The notes beneath the pieces were generated by a model, which saw nothing but the letters and a program-made list of their open reading frames with translations, ran no database searches and was not told where the DNA came from. A program made the position numbers and the translations under genes. Below are positions 48,060-57,804 of a stretch of DNA of 64,000 nt, one piece after another (the first letter of the stretch is position 1; each line of letters starts with the position of its first letter). Source of the DNA: a virus; the IMG/VR virus record IMGVR_UViG_3300005471_000014, positions 4,927 to 68,926 of that record; one strand, written 5' to 3'.

Positions 48060-48614
48060 TTAGTAGCCGGCCGTTGCCGACTGATTTTGATGCTCGTTGA
48101 TCCGCACGCGCACGACGGTGAATGCGTCACCCCATGCGTTCGTGGGCGAGAGGGAGATACCGATGACCTGAAGCCCCGCAGTCGTGACGGCGGGCGTATC
48201 GATCGTCACGCTCGAAAGGCCCGTGATCGTGTTGCCGGAGTTGGTCGTGTTCGCGGACCAGTCGGCTTCCTCGCCGATGTCGCTCTCCGTGATCGAACCC
48301 GAGCCTTGGATTTCGTAGATCGTCGCCGGATCAGACGTGAACCAGCACACGATGTCGGTGGCACTCGTGGATGCCGGCCACTTGTTGCTGAAGTTTCGGC
48401 GACCGTTCACGTCGGTGTACTGCACGCCTGCGAACGAGCCGATCGCGGCCGAGCCCGCGGCTGCAAGCGTGATTACACCGTCGAGATACGCGACCGGCGA
48501 ATACTGAAAAATGTTCGACGTATATCCGGTCGCGATCGAGCCCGACACGGGAATGATGGTGCCCGAGGGGTGATAGACCGGCTTCAGTCCGAACGGGGCG
48601 GACACAGTAGACAT
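48060..48614 (-). CDS. capsid decoration / accessory protein
   Basis: APFGLKPV N-terminus, directly before capsid gene. Confidence 0.6.
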   Translation of the reverse strand: MSTVSAPFGLKPVYHPSGTIIPVSGSIATGYTSNIFQYSPVAYLDGVITLAAAGSAAIGSFAGVQYTDVNGRRNFSNKWPASTSATDIVCWFTSDPATIYEIQGSGSITESDIGEEADWSANTTNSGNTITGLSSVTIDTPAVTTAGLQVIGISLSPTNAWGDAFTVVRVRINEHQNQSATAGY

Positions 48615-48650
48615 GGGGAACTCCGGGAACTGGTCATGACCTTCCCGCCC

Positions 48651-49214
48651 TCACGTCTCGCCAAACTCATCGGCGAAGTTCGGAGGCGCGGGACCCTTCC
48701 CCAGTTGCGCGGTTCCGTCGAAGAGCTTCACGGGGCCGACCGCTCCATGCGTGGCCTCTTGCTGCTTCAGGACTTCGGCGACGATCGCGCTCTCTTCCTC
48801 AAGCGGTTGCTCGTGGTGAGAGATCGTCATGTAGTCTTGATAGACAGACAGAGGCAGCTTCGCAGCCAACATCTCGTTGATGCCGACAAACCCCTGATAC
48901 TCGCCCGTCTTTACGTTGGCGAAATCAAACCCCGGAATCTCGCTCGCTTTGATGAGCTGATAGCCCAATCGCATGCGCGCTTGAATGGAGTCTTTGGGAT
49001 TCGTCGTCGTCAACCAGCAAACGTGAAAGCCCGGTATCGCGGGCAAATCCGGCAAATGGGTCTGATAGAGCCCCTTTCTGTACGCTTCGCGTCGCTCTTC
49101 ATCAGACAGCGCTCGGTTCTCTCGGAGGCTGCGCTCTTGCGCGCGCCGATCTACGCGAGACTCCGCGGTCTTTCGTTTGAGTCGCGAATCCAAAAATGGG
49201 GCATTGGTGGTCAC
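48651..49214 (-). CDS. head-associated hypothetical protein
   Basis: PGFHVCWL..RMRLGY; between scaffold and decoration genes. Confidence 0.6.
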   Translation of the reverse strand: MTTNAPFLDSRLKRKTAESRVDRRAQERSLRENRALSDEERREAYRKGLYQTHLPDLPAIPGFHVCWLTTTNPKDSIQARMRLGYQLIKASEIPGFDFANVKTGEYQGFVGINEMLAAKLPLSVYQDYMTISHHEQPLEEESAIVAEVLKQQEATHGAVGPVKLFDGTAQLGKGPAPPNFADEFGET

Positions 49215-49237
49215 ACCGTTCTCCGGTCTGTCCCGAT

Positions 49238-50236
49238 TCAAGATCGATTGGACGCAGATACTTCCGCGTCCCACTCTGCGTATCGTTTGAGCATGCGGTT
49301 GCGGGTCACAGGGTCGTCCCACACTCCGTACTGCTTCATCGCTTCCTTGCGCTCCGCCGAGACATAGACCTCACCCTTTCGGAGTGGACGCTCGCGCCCA
49401 CCTGAACTGAATTTCGGCCCGGCCTTCGGACGGGGTTTCTCGTCCTCGTCCTCCACGTCGTCGTCATCGTCGGCGCGCGCTCGCGCGCCTTTGAACTTCT
49501 CGGGAAGGCGGCGCTTCACACGCTCCGTCAGTTCTTCCCAGTATTCGGGTGTCGACGGATCGAATCCCTCGCCCGCCAACGACTCATCAATCGCGCGCAC
49601 GACGACGCTGTGCTCATCAGTTCCGTTGAAATCGAACCAGTCGTGCTCGCTCGCCCACTCGCGCGCGTGGCGCACGATGCGCGGATCAGGTTTCTGCACC
49701 TCGGGCTCGCGGCGCTGCTGCTGGACGGCTTCCGCCTGCTGCTTGCGCTGCTGCTTCGCTGTGCCCAATTCCGCCAACTGATCGCGCAACTGATCGCGGA
49801 TGCGCTGCGCTTCGACGAACTCCTCGGCGCCCGTGCCGTTGGGTTTCTTCAAAGCCTCCGCGATCACGCGATCCGCGTTGTTGAGTTGCGCCTGAATCGT
49901 GTTGATGCGCTGATCGACGGCGGCGCTCTCGTTCTGAGCCGTGCGCCCTTCGACCGCCATCAAGCGCTTCTCCAAATCCTCATTGCGCTGGCGGAAGTAG
50001 TTGTACTCAAGGCGCTCGCGGGCTCGCGACGCCTTGGCTCGTTCACGGCGCTCTCTCGCTGACTCGCGCCTCTTCGCACCGACTTGAGGTTTGTCGTCGC
50101 CTTCGGGTTCGTCGCCAGCACCGAGGCGCTTATCCTCCGGCTCGTCCTCCGTCTCGGGAGGCGCCTCGGCGAGCCCTTCAGCTCCCGGCCCAACCGGAAT
50201 TAGTTTCTCTTCGTCAGCTTTCGCGGCTTCGCCCAC
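49238..50236 (-). CDS. capsid scaffold protein
   Basis: acidic coiled-coil, GFDPSTPEYWEEL, position. Confidence 0.65.
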   Translation of the reverse strand: MGEAAKADEEKLIPVGPGAEGLAEAPPETEDEPEDKRLGAGDEPEGDDKPQVGAKRRESARERRERAKASRARERLEYNYFRQRNEDLEKRLMAVEGRTAQNESAAVDQRINTIQAQLNNADRVIAEALKKPNGTGAEEFVEAQRIRDQLRDQLAELGTAKQQRKQQAEAVQQQRREPEVQKPDPRIVRHAREWASEHDWFDFNGTDEHSVVVRAIDESLAGEGFDPSTPEYWEELTERVKRRLPEKFKGARARADDDDDVEDEDEKPRPKAGPKFSSGGRERPLRKGEVYVSAERKEAMKQYGVWDDPVTRNRMLKRYAEWDAEVSASNRS

Positions 50237-50247
50237 GGCAATGCCTC

Positions 50248-50685
50248 TCAGATGTACGCGACCACAGACAGCGGGTCGCAGGTGATGCGGCCGATGAGAT
50301 CGAGGTCATCGAAGACCACGAACGTCACGTACTCATCGGTGGTATTGGGAATGGCAACGCCCCATCGATCGCCGCCGAACTGCGGCACACGGACGTACTC
50401 GCCCGGCGCGCACCACGCGCCCTCTACCCAACTCACGCCCTGGTCGCGGTTCTTGAAGGCAAGCGGCCCGAGAGCGCGAACGCGCGCGATCTGAGTGAGT
50501 TCGTGCTCTACGCCGCGCGCAGCCGGCGCGACGATGATCCCGCTCGCGGTTCGCGTCTTGGCTCTGCGAATCTGCACGAGCACGCGCGATCCGTATGGCA
50601 CGAGTCCCGGATCAACGTCCGGAAACGCATCCTCAAGCGAGGAGTAATTGAAAGTCGGGCGCGCAACGGCGGCGACTTGCGGCAT
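50248..50685 (-). CDS. GroES/Cpn10-like co-chaperonin
   Basis: PYGSRVLVQ..KTRTASGII..VRALGP..DDLDLIG. Confidence 0.8.
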   Translation of the reverse strand: MPQVAAVARPTFNYSSLEDAFPDVDPGLVPYGSRVLVQIRRAKTRTASGIIVAPAARGVEHELTQIARVRALGPLAFKNRDQGVSWVEGAWCAPGEYVRVPQFGGDRWGVAIPNTTDEYVTFVVFDDLDLIGRITCDPLSVVAYI

Positions 50686-50797
50686 CGGAGACAGCTCACT
50701 CTGCAAAGCATCCGAACGCCTGCCATGCACGCTCGCGCACCCTCCACGGAGCGAAGGCACACGCCTGGCGAACAGCGTGCAAAACAGGGGCTAGGGA

Positions 50798-51025
50798 TCA
50801 GCGCTCGTCGCGGCGTTCCGAGAAATCGGGATCGCCTTCGTTGAGGCAGTGCTCAAGGATTGACCGGGCCATATCAATAGCCTGGCGCATTCCGCAGGAG
50901 TGGCCGTAGCCATAGAGTGTTTGGTCAGCCGGAGTGATGGACTCCTCGGCCAGCCGGGCTCTCAGCTTCGTCAACTCATCAATCGCACGTTCAAGGGGCG
51001 AGAGTGCATCTACACGTTTGAACAC
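50798..51025 (-). CDS. small hypothetical late protein
   Basis: 75-aa ORF before GroES-like gene; start uncertain. Confidence 0.5.
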   Translation of the reverse strand: MFKRVDALSPLERAIDELTKLRARLAEESITPADQTLYGYGHSCGMRQAIDMARSILEHCLNEGDPDFSERRDER

Positions 51026-51043
51026 GTCAACCTTCGCAACACC
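51026..51043 (-). promoter_or_regulatory. phage promoter motif (copy 3)
   Basis: plus-strand GTCAACCTTCGCAACACC, 17/18 to copies 1-2, upstream of head genes. Confidence 0.55.
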
Positions 51044-51216
51044 CCGCGCCTACTTGCGATAGTTCCATTTCATGGGAAGTACATCGGGCAATCGCAGGAA
51101 CGGTGGCGGCGCGTACTCCTCCTCATGCAGGGCATTGAGGATGTCTTCGAGTGGCAGATGCTCGCCGGCACGTTCCGCCTGCATTCGCAGAAGCGTGCGC
51201 TCGATGTCGCAGCAGT

Positions 51217-51366
51217 TCATCTGCCGCGTCCGCTCGGTCGCATCATCTTCTTCTTCACGACCCGGCCGCCCTTTTTGTAACCGGGGTTCGGCTTGGGATT
51301 CGGTGGCGGTTCCAGTCCTTTGCCTTCCGCGAGTCGATAGCGTTGTCGTACAGCTTCGTCTGACAT
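51217..51366 (-). CDS. 49-aa basic protein with YKKGG motif
   Basis: MSDEAVRQRYRLAEG...GYKKGGRV; AAGGA upstream. Confidence 0.5.
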   Translation of the reverse strand: MSDEAVRQRYRLAEGKGLEPPPNPKPNPGYKKGGRVVKKKMMRPSGRGR

Positions 51367-51509
51367 GATTACGTTTCCTTCAGGTAGTAGAGAGATGCGC
51401 GAGGACGATCTTCACCAGAATGATCGCGAGGAGCACGATCGCGCCAATAAGGGTGAGCGTGCGCCACCCATGTTCATGCCAATACTCGCGGAGTTTCATA
51501 GATCACCTG

Positions 51510-54074
51510 TCATGGATTCGGATTGATGCCCGTACCCGTCTCGACGGCTGCCTTGGTGTCGGCCAGCGTCTCGGCTTCAGCGATTGTGAGGGCAGTGACG
51601 TTGTCGGCCGTATTCATCCGCTCGCGCGCCGCCAGCTCCGCCGTATTGCGCGCATTCTCGTTTTCCTGTTGCGACGCTTCACGCATCGTGAGCTGCTGCT
51701 GCATCATCGAGGAGCGCTTGTCGTCGTGTGCCTGCTTGATCTGGTCTCGCTGCATGTCCGCTTGCGTCTTCTTCGCATCACGTTGCGCATCTGCGGCCAG
51801 CGTCAGTTGCACTTCAGATTGGCGCGCTTGAATTTTCTCGCGCGCGCTCTGTGCGTCGATCTGCTTGCTGGCGAGTTGCGCCTGCGCCTTCGGATCAGGA
51901 GGCACATTCGGCCCAAACGATTGAAGCATCTGCTGCGCGCGCTGGATGATCGCGGGCAGCGACTGAAAGGTCTGCTGTGCCGCTGCCACCGTTTCGTGGG
52001 AGGCCGCTGCAAGCGTCTGGTCCAGCTCCTTGCGCGTCTGCGGATCGCGGAACTTCATGAGGTCACCCAGGTCCTGACGCAGCTCGGCCGAGAGTGATTC
52101 GTAGATGTGATTCACATACCAGAGCCCGACGTGTTCCTTGAGATGATTGAGCGCGGCGGGGATGAAGGTCGATGCGATGACGCTGAGCTGCCCGAAGAAA
52201 GGCGAGGTCATGTAGTCGAGCAGGACCTGAATGTGTGCAAGGTGATCCTGATCTGGATATGCAGCGACTGGGCGCCCAAATGTCATCGCGAGATTTTCAT
52301 TGACCGCGTTCATTGGTTCGGCGCTCGGGGCCGGCACCAACAGGTTCTCGGCATCCGGAATGCGCGTCTGTTCGAGAATCATCAACTCGACGGCGCGCTG
52401 GTCGTATAGCGGATTCATCTGCGCGCGCTGTGCCACAATTTGCATTTGGGCAAAGCGCTGGATATCGGAAAAGATTTCCGGATCGCTGACCGGGATCACA
52501 TCGAGTGGGCCATCGAAATCCGAGCGGCGCACCATCAGCTCGCCAGTCTCATCACGCACCATCTCATCCGTGAGATACATGCGATTGATCCGATGAAGGA
52601 TGCCAAGTGTGCGCGCCATCGCATCGTGCAGCCGCGAGTGAATCGCGGAGAACACTTGCATTCCCTGTTCGATCATCGCCAACGTGGTGCCGACCGGCAT
52701 GTTGGCGCTGGCGTTGTCGGCGAACTTTTCAAATGTGGTTTGAATCACGCTGCGGCCAGCGTCTACACAGAAGCCGAGCAATGTGAAGAGCGTGGCAGAC
52801 GGCGGGTTGAAGGGCAGCGGCATCATCAATTTTCTGATGTCATCCGTCGCAATGGCTCCCTCCACTTCAGTCACCTGCGTCACATTCAACTCAAGGCTTT
52901 GCCCGCTGAAATTAGTCCCTTTCAATTTCAGCAGCGTGGGTAGGTTGTTGATGTGGGCGCTGTCGAGCAACGCGCGTAACGCACCAGTTGCGGCACCCGA
53001 GAGCGAGCCGATCATGTGCGTCAGACCAATCGGGTAGCACCCCCTCCACGGGACGAACGGCCATTCCGACATCCAATACATCGGCTGTCGGGTGTCGTCG
53101 CTCTGCTCCCAGTTGCGTACGACCGCGGTCACCTTTTTGCCCGTCGCATCGATGCTGATGCGATAGGGCACGACACCTTCGTCTTCGAGGTCCGCATGCA
53201 CCATGACCTCGTACATGGTGCGCAAACCGTCTTGGTTGTAGACCTCCTGTTGCTTCCCCTCGATTTTCTGGTTCGCCTGTTCTGCCTTCGTGACTTCCGG
53301 CGGCGCGCCGGGCGGCATCATGTCGATGTCGCGATAGATTCCCTCCTCAACGCGTTTGTCGTATTCGTACTCGGTGATGTACTCGACATATGTCGCGCGT
53401 TCGGCGGTATAGAAGCTACTCGCCGCGTACGGCAGATAGACATCGTCCACGGGCACGAACGTCGCAACCGGACGCTTTTTTCCCGTGTCGTAGACGATGC
53501 GCAGATACCCGACGCCCGCAAGCGGCGTTTGCGTCAGCAGTTGCTCAAGCTCGCCGCGAAACTCCTGCATCTGCTGCTTGCACTGCCAATTGAGATACTT
53601 GGTTTTGCGCTCCGCCTTCGCGACGCGTGCCTTCGTCGCCTTGCCGGGAATGTAGTCGCGGGCCGGGCCATCAGCGGGGAGCAATTCGCGGATCGCGCGC
53701 GATGAAAAATCGATGCACGCCTCGGTGAGCATCGGATGTACGACTCGGCTCGCGCCTGAAAACGCAGCGCCGCCGGGCGCGTCCTCGCCGAGTCCGGTCC
53801 TGCGCAATCCCTCCTCGTACTGCTTGTCGCGCTTCTTGCGCGACTCCTTGTCATACTCGATCTTCTGCACGAGTTCACTGCACAGTTGGTCGAGTTCGTC
53901 TTGATCGAGATCGTCGGCGATGTTCCGATACCACTCGCCCTCCCTCTCGACTTCACGATCTTGTGCGAGCGTGACGATCGCGCCGCCGTCATCGAGGTCC
54001 ACCGGTTCATCTTGGGCAGCACTCATCGTCGGCGCGTCGGGCGACGCACCGAGCATCGGTTCGGGCATTGGCAT
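51510..54074 (-). CDS. portal protein
   Basis: 854 aa after TerL; HPMLTEACIDF, PVGTTLAMIEQG, C-terminal coiled-coil barrel. Confidence 0.85.
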   Translation of the reverse strand: MPMPEPMLGASPDAPTMSAAQDEPVDLDDGGAIVTLAQDREVEREGEWYRNIADDLDQDELDQLCSELVQKIEYDKESRKKRDKQYEEGLRRTGLGEDAPGGAAFSGASRVVHPMLTEACIDFSSRAIRELLPADGPARDYIPGKATKARVAKAERKTKYLNWQCKQQMQEFRGELEQLLTQTPLAGVGYLRIVYDTGKKRPVATFVPVDDVYLPYAASSFYTAERATYVEYITEYEYDKRVEEGIYRDIDMMPPGAPPEVTKAEQANQKIEGKQQEVYNQDGLRTMYEVMVHADLEDEGVVPYRISIDATGKKVTAVVRNWEQSDDTRQPMYWMSEWPFVPWRGCYPIGLTHMIGSLSGAATGALRALLDSAHINNLPTLLKLKGTNFSGQSLELNVTQVTEVEGAIATDDIRKLMMPLPFNPPSATLFTLLGFCVDAGRSVIQTTFEKFADNASANMPVGTTLAMIEQGMQVFSAIHSRLHDAMARTLGILHRINRMYLTDEMVRDETGELMVRRSDFDGPLDVIPVSDPEIFSDIQRFAQMQIVAQRAQMNPLYDQRAVELMILEQTRIPDAENLLVPAPSAEPMNAVNENLAMTFGRPVAAYPDQDHLAHIQVLLDYMTSPFFGQLSVIASTFIPAALNHLKEHVGLWYVNHIYESLSAELRQDLGDLMKFRDPQTRKELDQTLAAASHETVAAAQQTFQSLPAIIQRAQQMLQSFGPNVPPDPKAQAQLASKQIDAQSAREKIQARQSEVQLTLAADAQRDAKKTQADMQRDQIKQAHDDKRSSMMQQQLTMREASQQENENARNTAELAARERMNTADNVTALTIAEAETLADTKAAVETGTGINPNP

Positions 54075-54198
54075 TCTCTGTGGGAGATGGCAATTGCCTT
54101 CAGTCGTGAGGCAATTGCCACGGGGGTTTGTCGGTGCGCCGCTTGTAGAGGTTTAGCGGCGCTCTAGTGGCTGGCCCATCCTTTGCAACGGATTAGGC

Positions 54199-54525
54199 AT
54201 GAACACAAACACAAAAGACCTGTGCATCGGCTATTACGAGAAAGCCTTCGGCGAATACGTCGGTGGTTCCACCGTGCGCTACACCTGGCGGTGTGGGCAT
54301 CAGTACACCGAGACGCTGATGATCGGCCCAAAAGGTCGAGGCAGCCGCGGCCTGCGTAAGCCCATGTCACCGGAGGTGGTGAAGATGCTCGCGAAATATT
54401 GGGGGCAGATGATCGACGGGAAACCGCACTACGGTTTATCCGCCGGACCGTGTCCCACATGCGTGAAGATCGCCAAAGCGATCGACCCCAAGCTCGTCCA
54501 ACATCTCAAACGGCGTAAGGGTTGA
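54199..54525 (+). CDS. hypothetical Zn-binding protein inserted antisense between TerL and portal
   Basis: CGH...CPTC; 108 aa. Confidence 0.55.
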   Translation: MNTNTKDLCIGYYEKAFGEYVGGSTVRYTWRCGHQYTETLMIGPKGRGSRGLRKPMSPEVVKMLAKYWGQMIDGKPHYGLSAGPCPTCVKIAKAIDPKLVQHLKRRKG

Positions 54526-56023
54526 TGAGCGGGCCGGGGACACGACGCACCTCATCGTCCTCGTTTCGTCTGGCCGGCGGTGAAAACGCCGGAATCCACT
54601 GATCCTTGAGGACGCGTAATGCGGCAGTCGTCGAATCGAGCAAGTCATCGTGCGCGATCGTTCCGGCACCGGAGTACGAACACACCTGCGTGATGAGCGG
54701 ATCGGCCCACATCTTCGGCTTGCCTCGCATACGCTCGCTCTCTACCACCCACACGCGGGCGTGTGCGAAGAGCGGCGAGATCAAATGCAATCTTGCTAGC
54801 TTGTCCGCGCGGCCAGGATTGTAGGCATGGCAGAGTAGTCCCTCGCGCGCCAACGATTGACGCAAGCTGATGCCCGAGCCCTTGTCTTCAATTAAGATCA
54901 TGTCGATGCCACGACCGCCGCGGGCTTTCAGCGGTCGCTGCGAAGGCAGATACGGCTGCACCAGTTCCTCGGCTTCACCGTACTGGAACTGGCTTTCCTT
55001 TTTCACCCTCGTGACGAGGTCCGGAAATCCGAGCCTGTCCTGCCACGCGTCGAGCAGCAGCACATGTCGCTGTCGTTGCCCCTCGATGTGCGAGCCCGCG
55101 CGAATGATGTCGGGGCCGGCTTCCTCGAATACACCCCACACGCTGCACGCAGTGAAATCCGCATCGCGTGTTTTGCGGTCCACCGTGTCTTCGGTAAATG
55201 CGGTATCGAGTGACATCACCACGCACAGGAACCGGGGCAGAGGTTCGTCAACAGGCCATAGGTTCCATTGTGATCGCCTGATGATGCCGCCCTCTTCCGG
55301 ATCAATCAGACGGCCGAGCGCTTCCTGTTCCCAAATACGTGTGCCTCGATACTGTTCAATTTCTTGCAGCATCGAGTCGGGAAGATTCTGCGCATTCTCG
55401 TGAATGCTGCCGCTCACGATGATCGTGCCAGGCTGCGGTGCCATGCGCTCGCGCATGAAGGCAGTTGGGCGCGGCGTTGTCGTCCACATGACGCGCGGCA
55501 GATGGCCGAGGCGCAGGCCGAAAATCATGTTCGACCACGCCTCTTCGGGATACGCCCACGCGGCCAATTCTTCCGCCCACACGCGATGGTGCTGCGGCCC
55601 GCGTAGACGATCGGGTGAATCACCGGCGAAGCCCCTTAGCACAGCGCCGTTCCAAAGCGTGAGACTGGGAACGCTCCGCGAATAATCTTCCGGCTTGTAA
55701 AGCAGCGGCGGGATTACGGCCAACAAACCTGTCGGCCCTTCAAAACATGTGTACCTCGCGTCCTGATACGTGGGCGCGATGATTGCGTTGAAACTGTTGG
55801 GATGCTGAGCGGCTTCGAGCCCGATCCAATTTGCGCCGGCCAGGGTTTTTCCAAATCCTCTTCCGCTGCAAATGCCGAAGCATTTCCAACCGGGATCGGT
55901 TGCATCTGGCGGAATCTGCTTCGCGCGGGCCTGTCTTGCCCACCGCGCTTTCCAATACGCGACTGCAAGCTCGTGCTCGGTCAGCTCGTCGAGCTGACTG
56001 CGGAGCACGGATTCGTTTATCAA
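54506..56023 (-). CDS. terL: terminase large subunit
   Basis: Walker A GRGFGKT, LRGPQ, Walker B VWAEE, TTTP, nuclease SLDTA and HDDLLD. Confidence 0.92.
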   Translation of the reverse strand: MINESVLRSQLDELTEHELAVAYWKARWARQARAKQIPPDATDPGWKCFGICSGRGFGKTLAGANWIGLEAAQHPNSFNAIIAPTYQDARYTCFEGPTGLLAVIPPLLYKPEDYSRSVPSLTLWNGAVLRGFAGDSPDRLRGPQHHRVWAEELAAWAYPEEAWSNMIFGLRLGHLPRVMWTTTPRPTAFMRERMAPQPGTIIVSGSIHENAQNLPDSMLQEIEQYRGTRIWEQEALGRLIDPEEGGIIRRSQWNLWPVDEPLPRFLCVVMSLDTAFTEDTVDRKTRDADFTACSVWGVFEEAGPDIIRAGSHIEGQRQRHVLLLDAWQDRLGFPDLVTRVKKESQFQYGEAEELVQPYLPSQRPLKARGGRGIDMILIEDKGSGISLRQSLAREGLLCHAYNPGRADKLARLHLISPLFAHARVWVVESERMRGKPKMWADPLITQVCSYSGAGTIAHDDLLDSTTAALRVLKDQWIPAFSPPARRNEDDEVRRVPGPLINPYAV

Positions 56024-56151
56024 GTCGTGATCGTGGTGCCAGAGGTTGGAATTTGAATCGGCCAGGCCGGTACCGCTATAGTCCGCGCCCGCCCGCGTTT
56101 CACAGAAAGGAAAGCCCCCGATGACGTGACCTTTTTTTGAGGACTCACGTC

Positions 56152-56469
56152 ATGAACAAAGCGCTCCGGCGACACCAGCAGCGCGTGGCCCGCTTGCGTC
56201 ATCTCCGCTACATCTGGCGGGAGTGCGTCTGGTACTGGCATGGATGGGGCACGCAGCGGGATGTCGGCTGGCAGTTGCCCGAGAAACCGTGGCAGCTTCC
56301 GCATCGAGCGACGATGCGCTCAGAGCCCAAGCACTGGCGGAAGCAGTTCAATCTTCAGCCCTCGCGCATCCGACAGAATCAGCTCCTGCGGTCCATCGAG
56401 CGCGGTGTTGATCCCGACGCGATCCGCCGATGGCCCGACTACCGCAAGCCGCATATTTATTACTGGTGA
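56152..56469 (+). CDS. Arg/Trp-rich hypothetical protein
   Basis: GAGGA SD, 105 aa. Confidence 0.5.
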   Translation: MNKALRRHQQRVARLRHLRYIWRECVWYWHGWGTQRDVGWQLPEKPWQLPHRATMRSEPKHWRKQFNLQPSRIRQNQLLRSIERGVDPDAIRRWPDYRKPHIYYW

Positions 56470-56931
56470 GTGAGATAATCGACCCACTTTCCCCAGTAAT
56501 CCTCCGGGCGGCACGCCCGCATCTCGCGCAAATAGTCTTCGTATCGCTGCACGGGACGAAGCACGCAATCACGCGCGTGATCCTGAGCGTAGTCGCGACC
56601 GCATTCCGGGCACAACGACGCTGTGCCGTCGCTGGCTGCACGCTGAGCGTCTATGGCAATATCCCCCCGCCATGTCGTGCACAACGAACAACTTGCGACG
56701 ACTCGCCTACCTACGGCTCGACGGCGTACGACCGAACGAAACGGTTTGGTTTTGCTCGCGCTGTGACTTTCAGAAAGCCTCGGCGTTGCCGATGCCCTGG
56801 TGTCCGGTGTGTGAGGCCAAAATCGAGGCCGCTCGCGTCACGCCCGATCTAGTTGCTCGGATCAGAGCACACGCCGCGTGAGACGGGTGTCTCGTCTTCG
56901 ATAAGGTTTCAGATTAGGAACAAGTTCGGAC

Positions 56932-56950
56932 TGCACACAGGCTGTGTGCA
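56932..56950. promoter_or_regulatory. operator copy TGCACACAGGCTGTGTGCA
   Basis: perfect palindrome, identical to 16520-16538. Confidence 0.75.
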
Positions 56951-57172
56951 ACTTGTGTTAGGCTCTAGAGGTGTGCCCGCAGGCCCGTAGACGTGTACGG
57001 ATCGTCCTGCCTGCTGGTTCGGACCCGTCGTGTCATGTTGGTGGATGTGACGCGGGTCTGCGGGCGCCTTCTCTGCCCAAGAGGCGAGAGCGACCATATC
57101 AGATTCGTAGGTGAACTGCCGTTACAAGTTATCCATTTTTGGGAATCACCAACGTTCGATTATCAAACGCGG

Positions 57173-57493
57173 TCACAGGCTTACAAGTTCCAGCGGCTGC
57201 AAAAACGTTAAGCCGCTGATCGGGCCATCGGCCCACAACACCGGCTTGTTATGCAGGCTGACGAGCCAGCAGTGCCAGCCGTTGCGTTGGTCGCGGCCGA
57301 AGAATCGCATCGAGATGTCCTTCATCTCCGGATGCAGCCCGGCGCAATGACATCGCAGATATGCGAGCAGCGCCTGCACCTCATCCTCGATGAGCACAGT
57401 GCGCGCCATCGACTCCATGTACGAGGCGCACCGGCTCTCGTGCGGACGAATCTGAACCTGCATCGGAACTCGCGTCAGAATCTGCGTCGTCAT
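57173..57493 (-). CDS. hypothetical phage protein
   Basis: 106-aa ORF. Confidence 0.5.
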   Translation of the reverse strand: MTTQILTRVPMQVQIRPHESRCASYMESMARTVLIEDEVQALLAYLRCHCAGLHPEMKDISMRFFGRDQRNGWHCWLVSLHNKPVLWADGPISGLTFLQPLELVSL

Positions 57494-57804
57494 ATCACCA
57501 CCAGAAATGCACGATCAACCAGCGAAGCTGCTTGTTCTCCACGTAGAACAGGCGCGGCGTGTAGGAGTGGAAGGCCATCGCGCCATCGATGAGTTGGCCA
57601 ATCCGCATGTTCGCGCGATGAGGCGAGCGCCATATAACCCACGCGAACTTCAGAACATCCCAGGTCGTCGTGCGGTATTTCATCGCCACACATCTAACCG
57701 ATATGCCCGCGCTGGACGAGCCCTGGTGTCCATGTGCTAGGCTCCACTTGCGATCGGCGCCCACCACGCCGCTGAGCTACCGGACATCCACCGCCGGTAC
57801 GCAT

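Noticed and set aside
47928-49367. 479-aa plus-strand ORF
   Set aside because: Antisense shadow of head genes.
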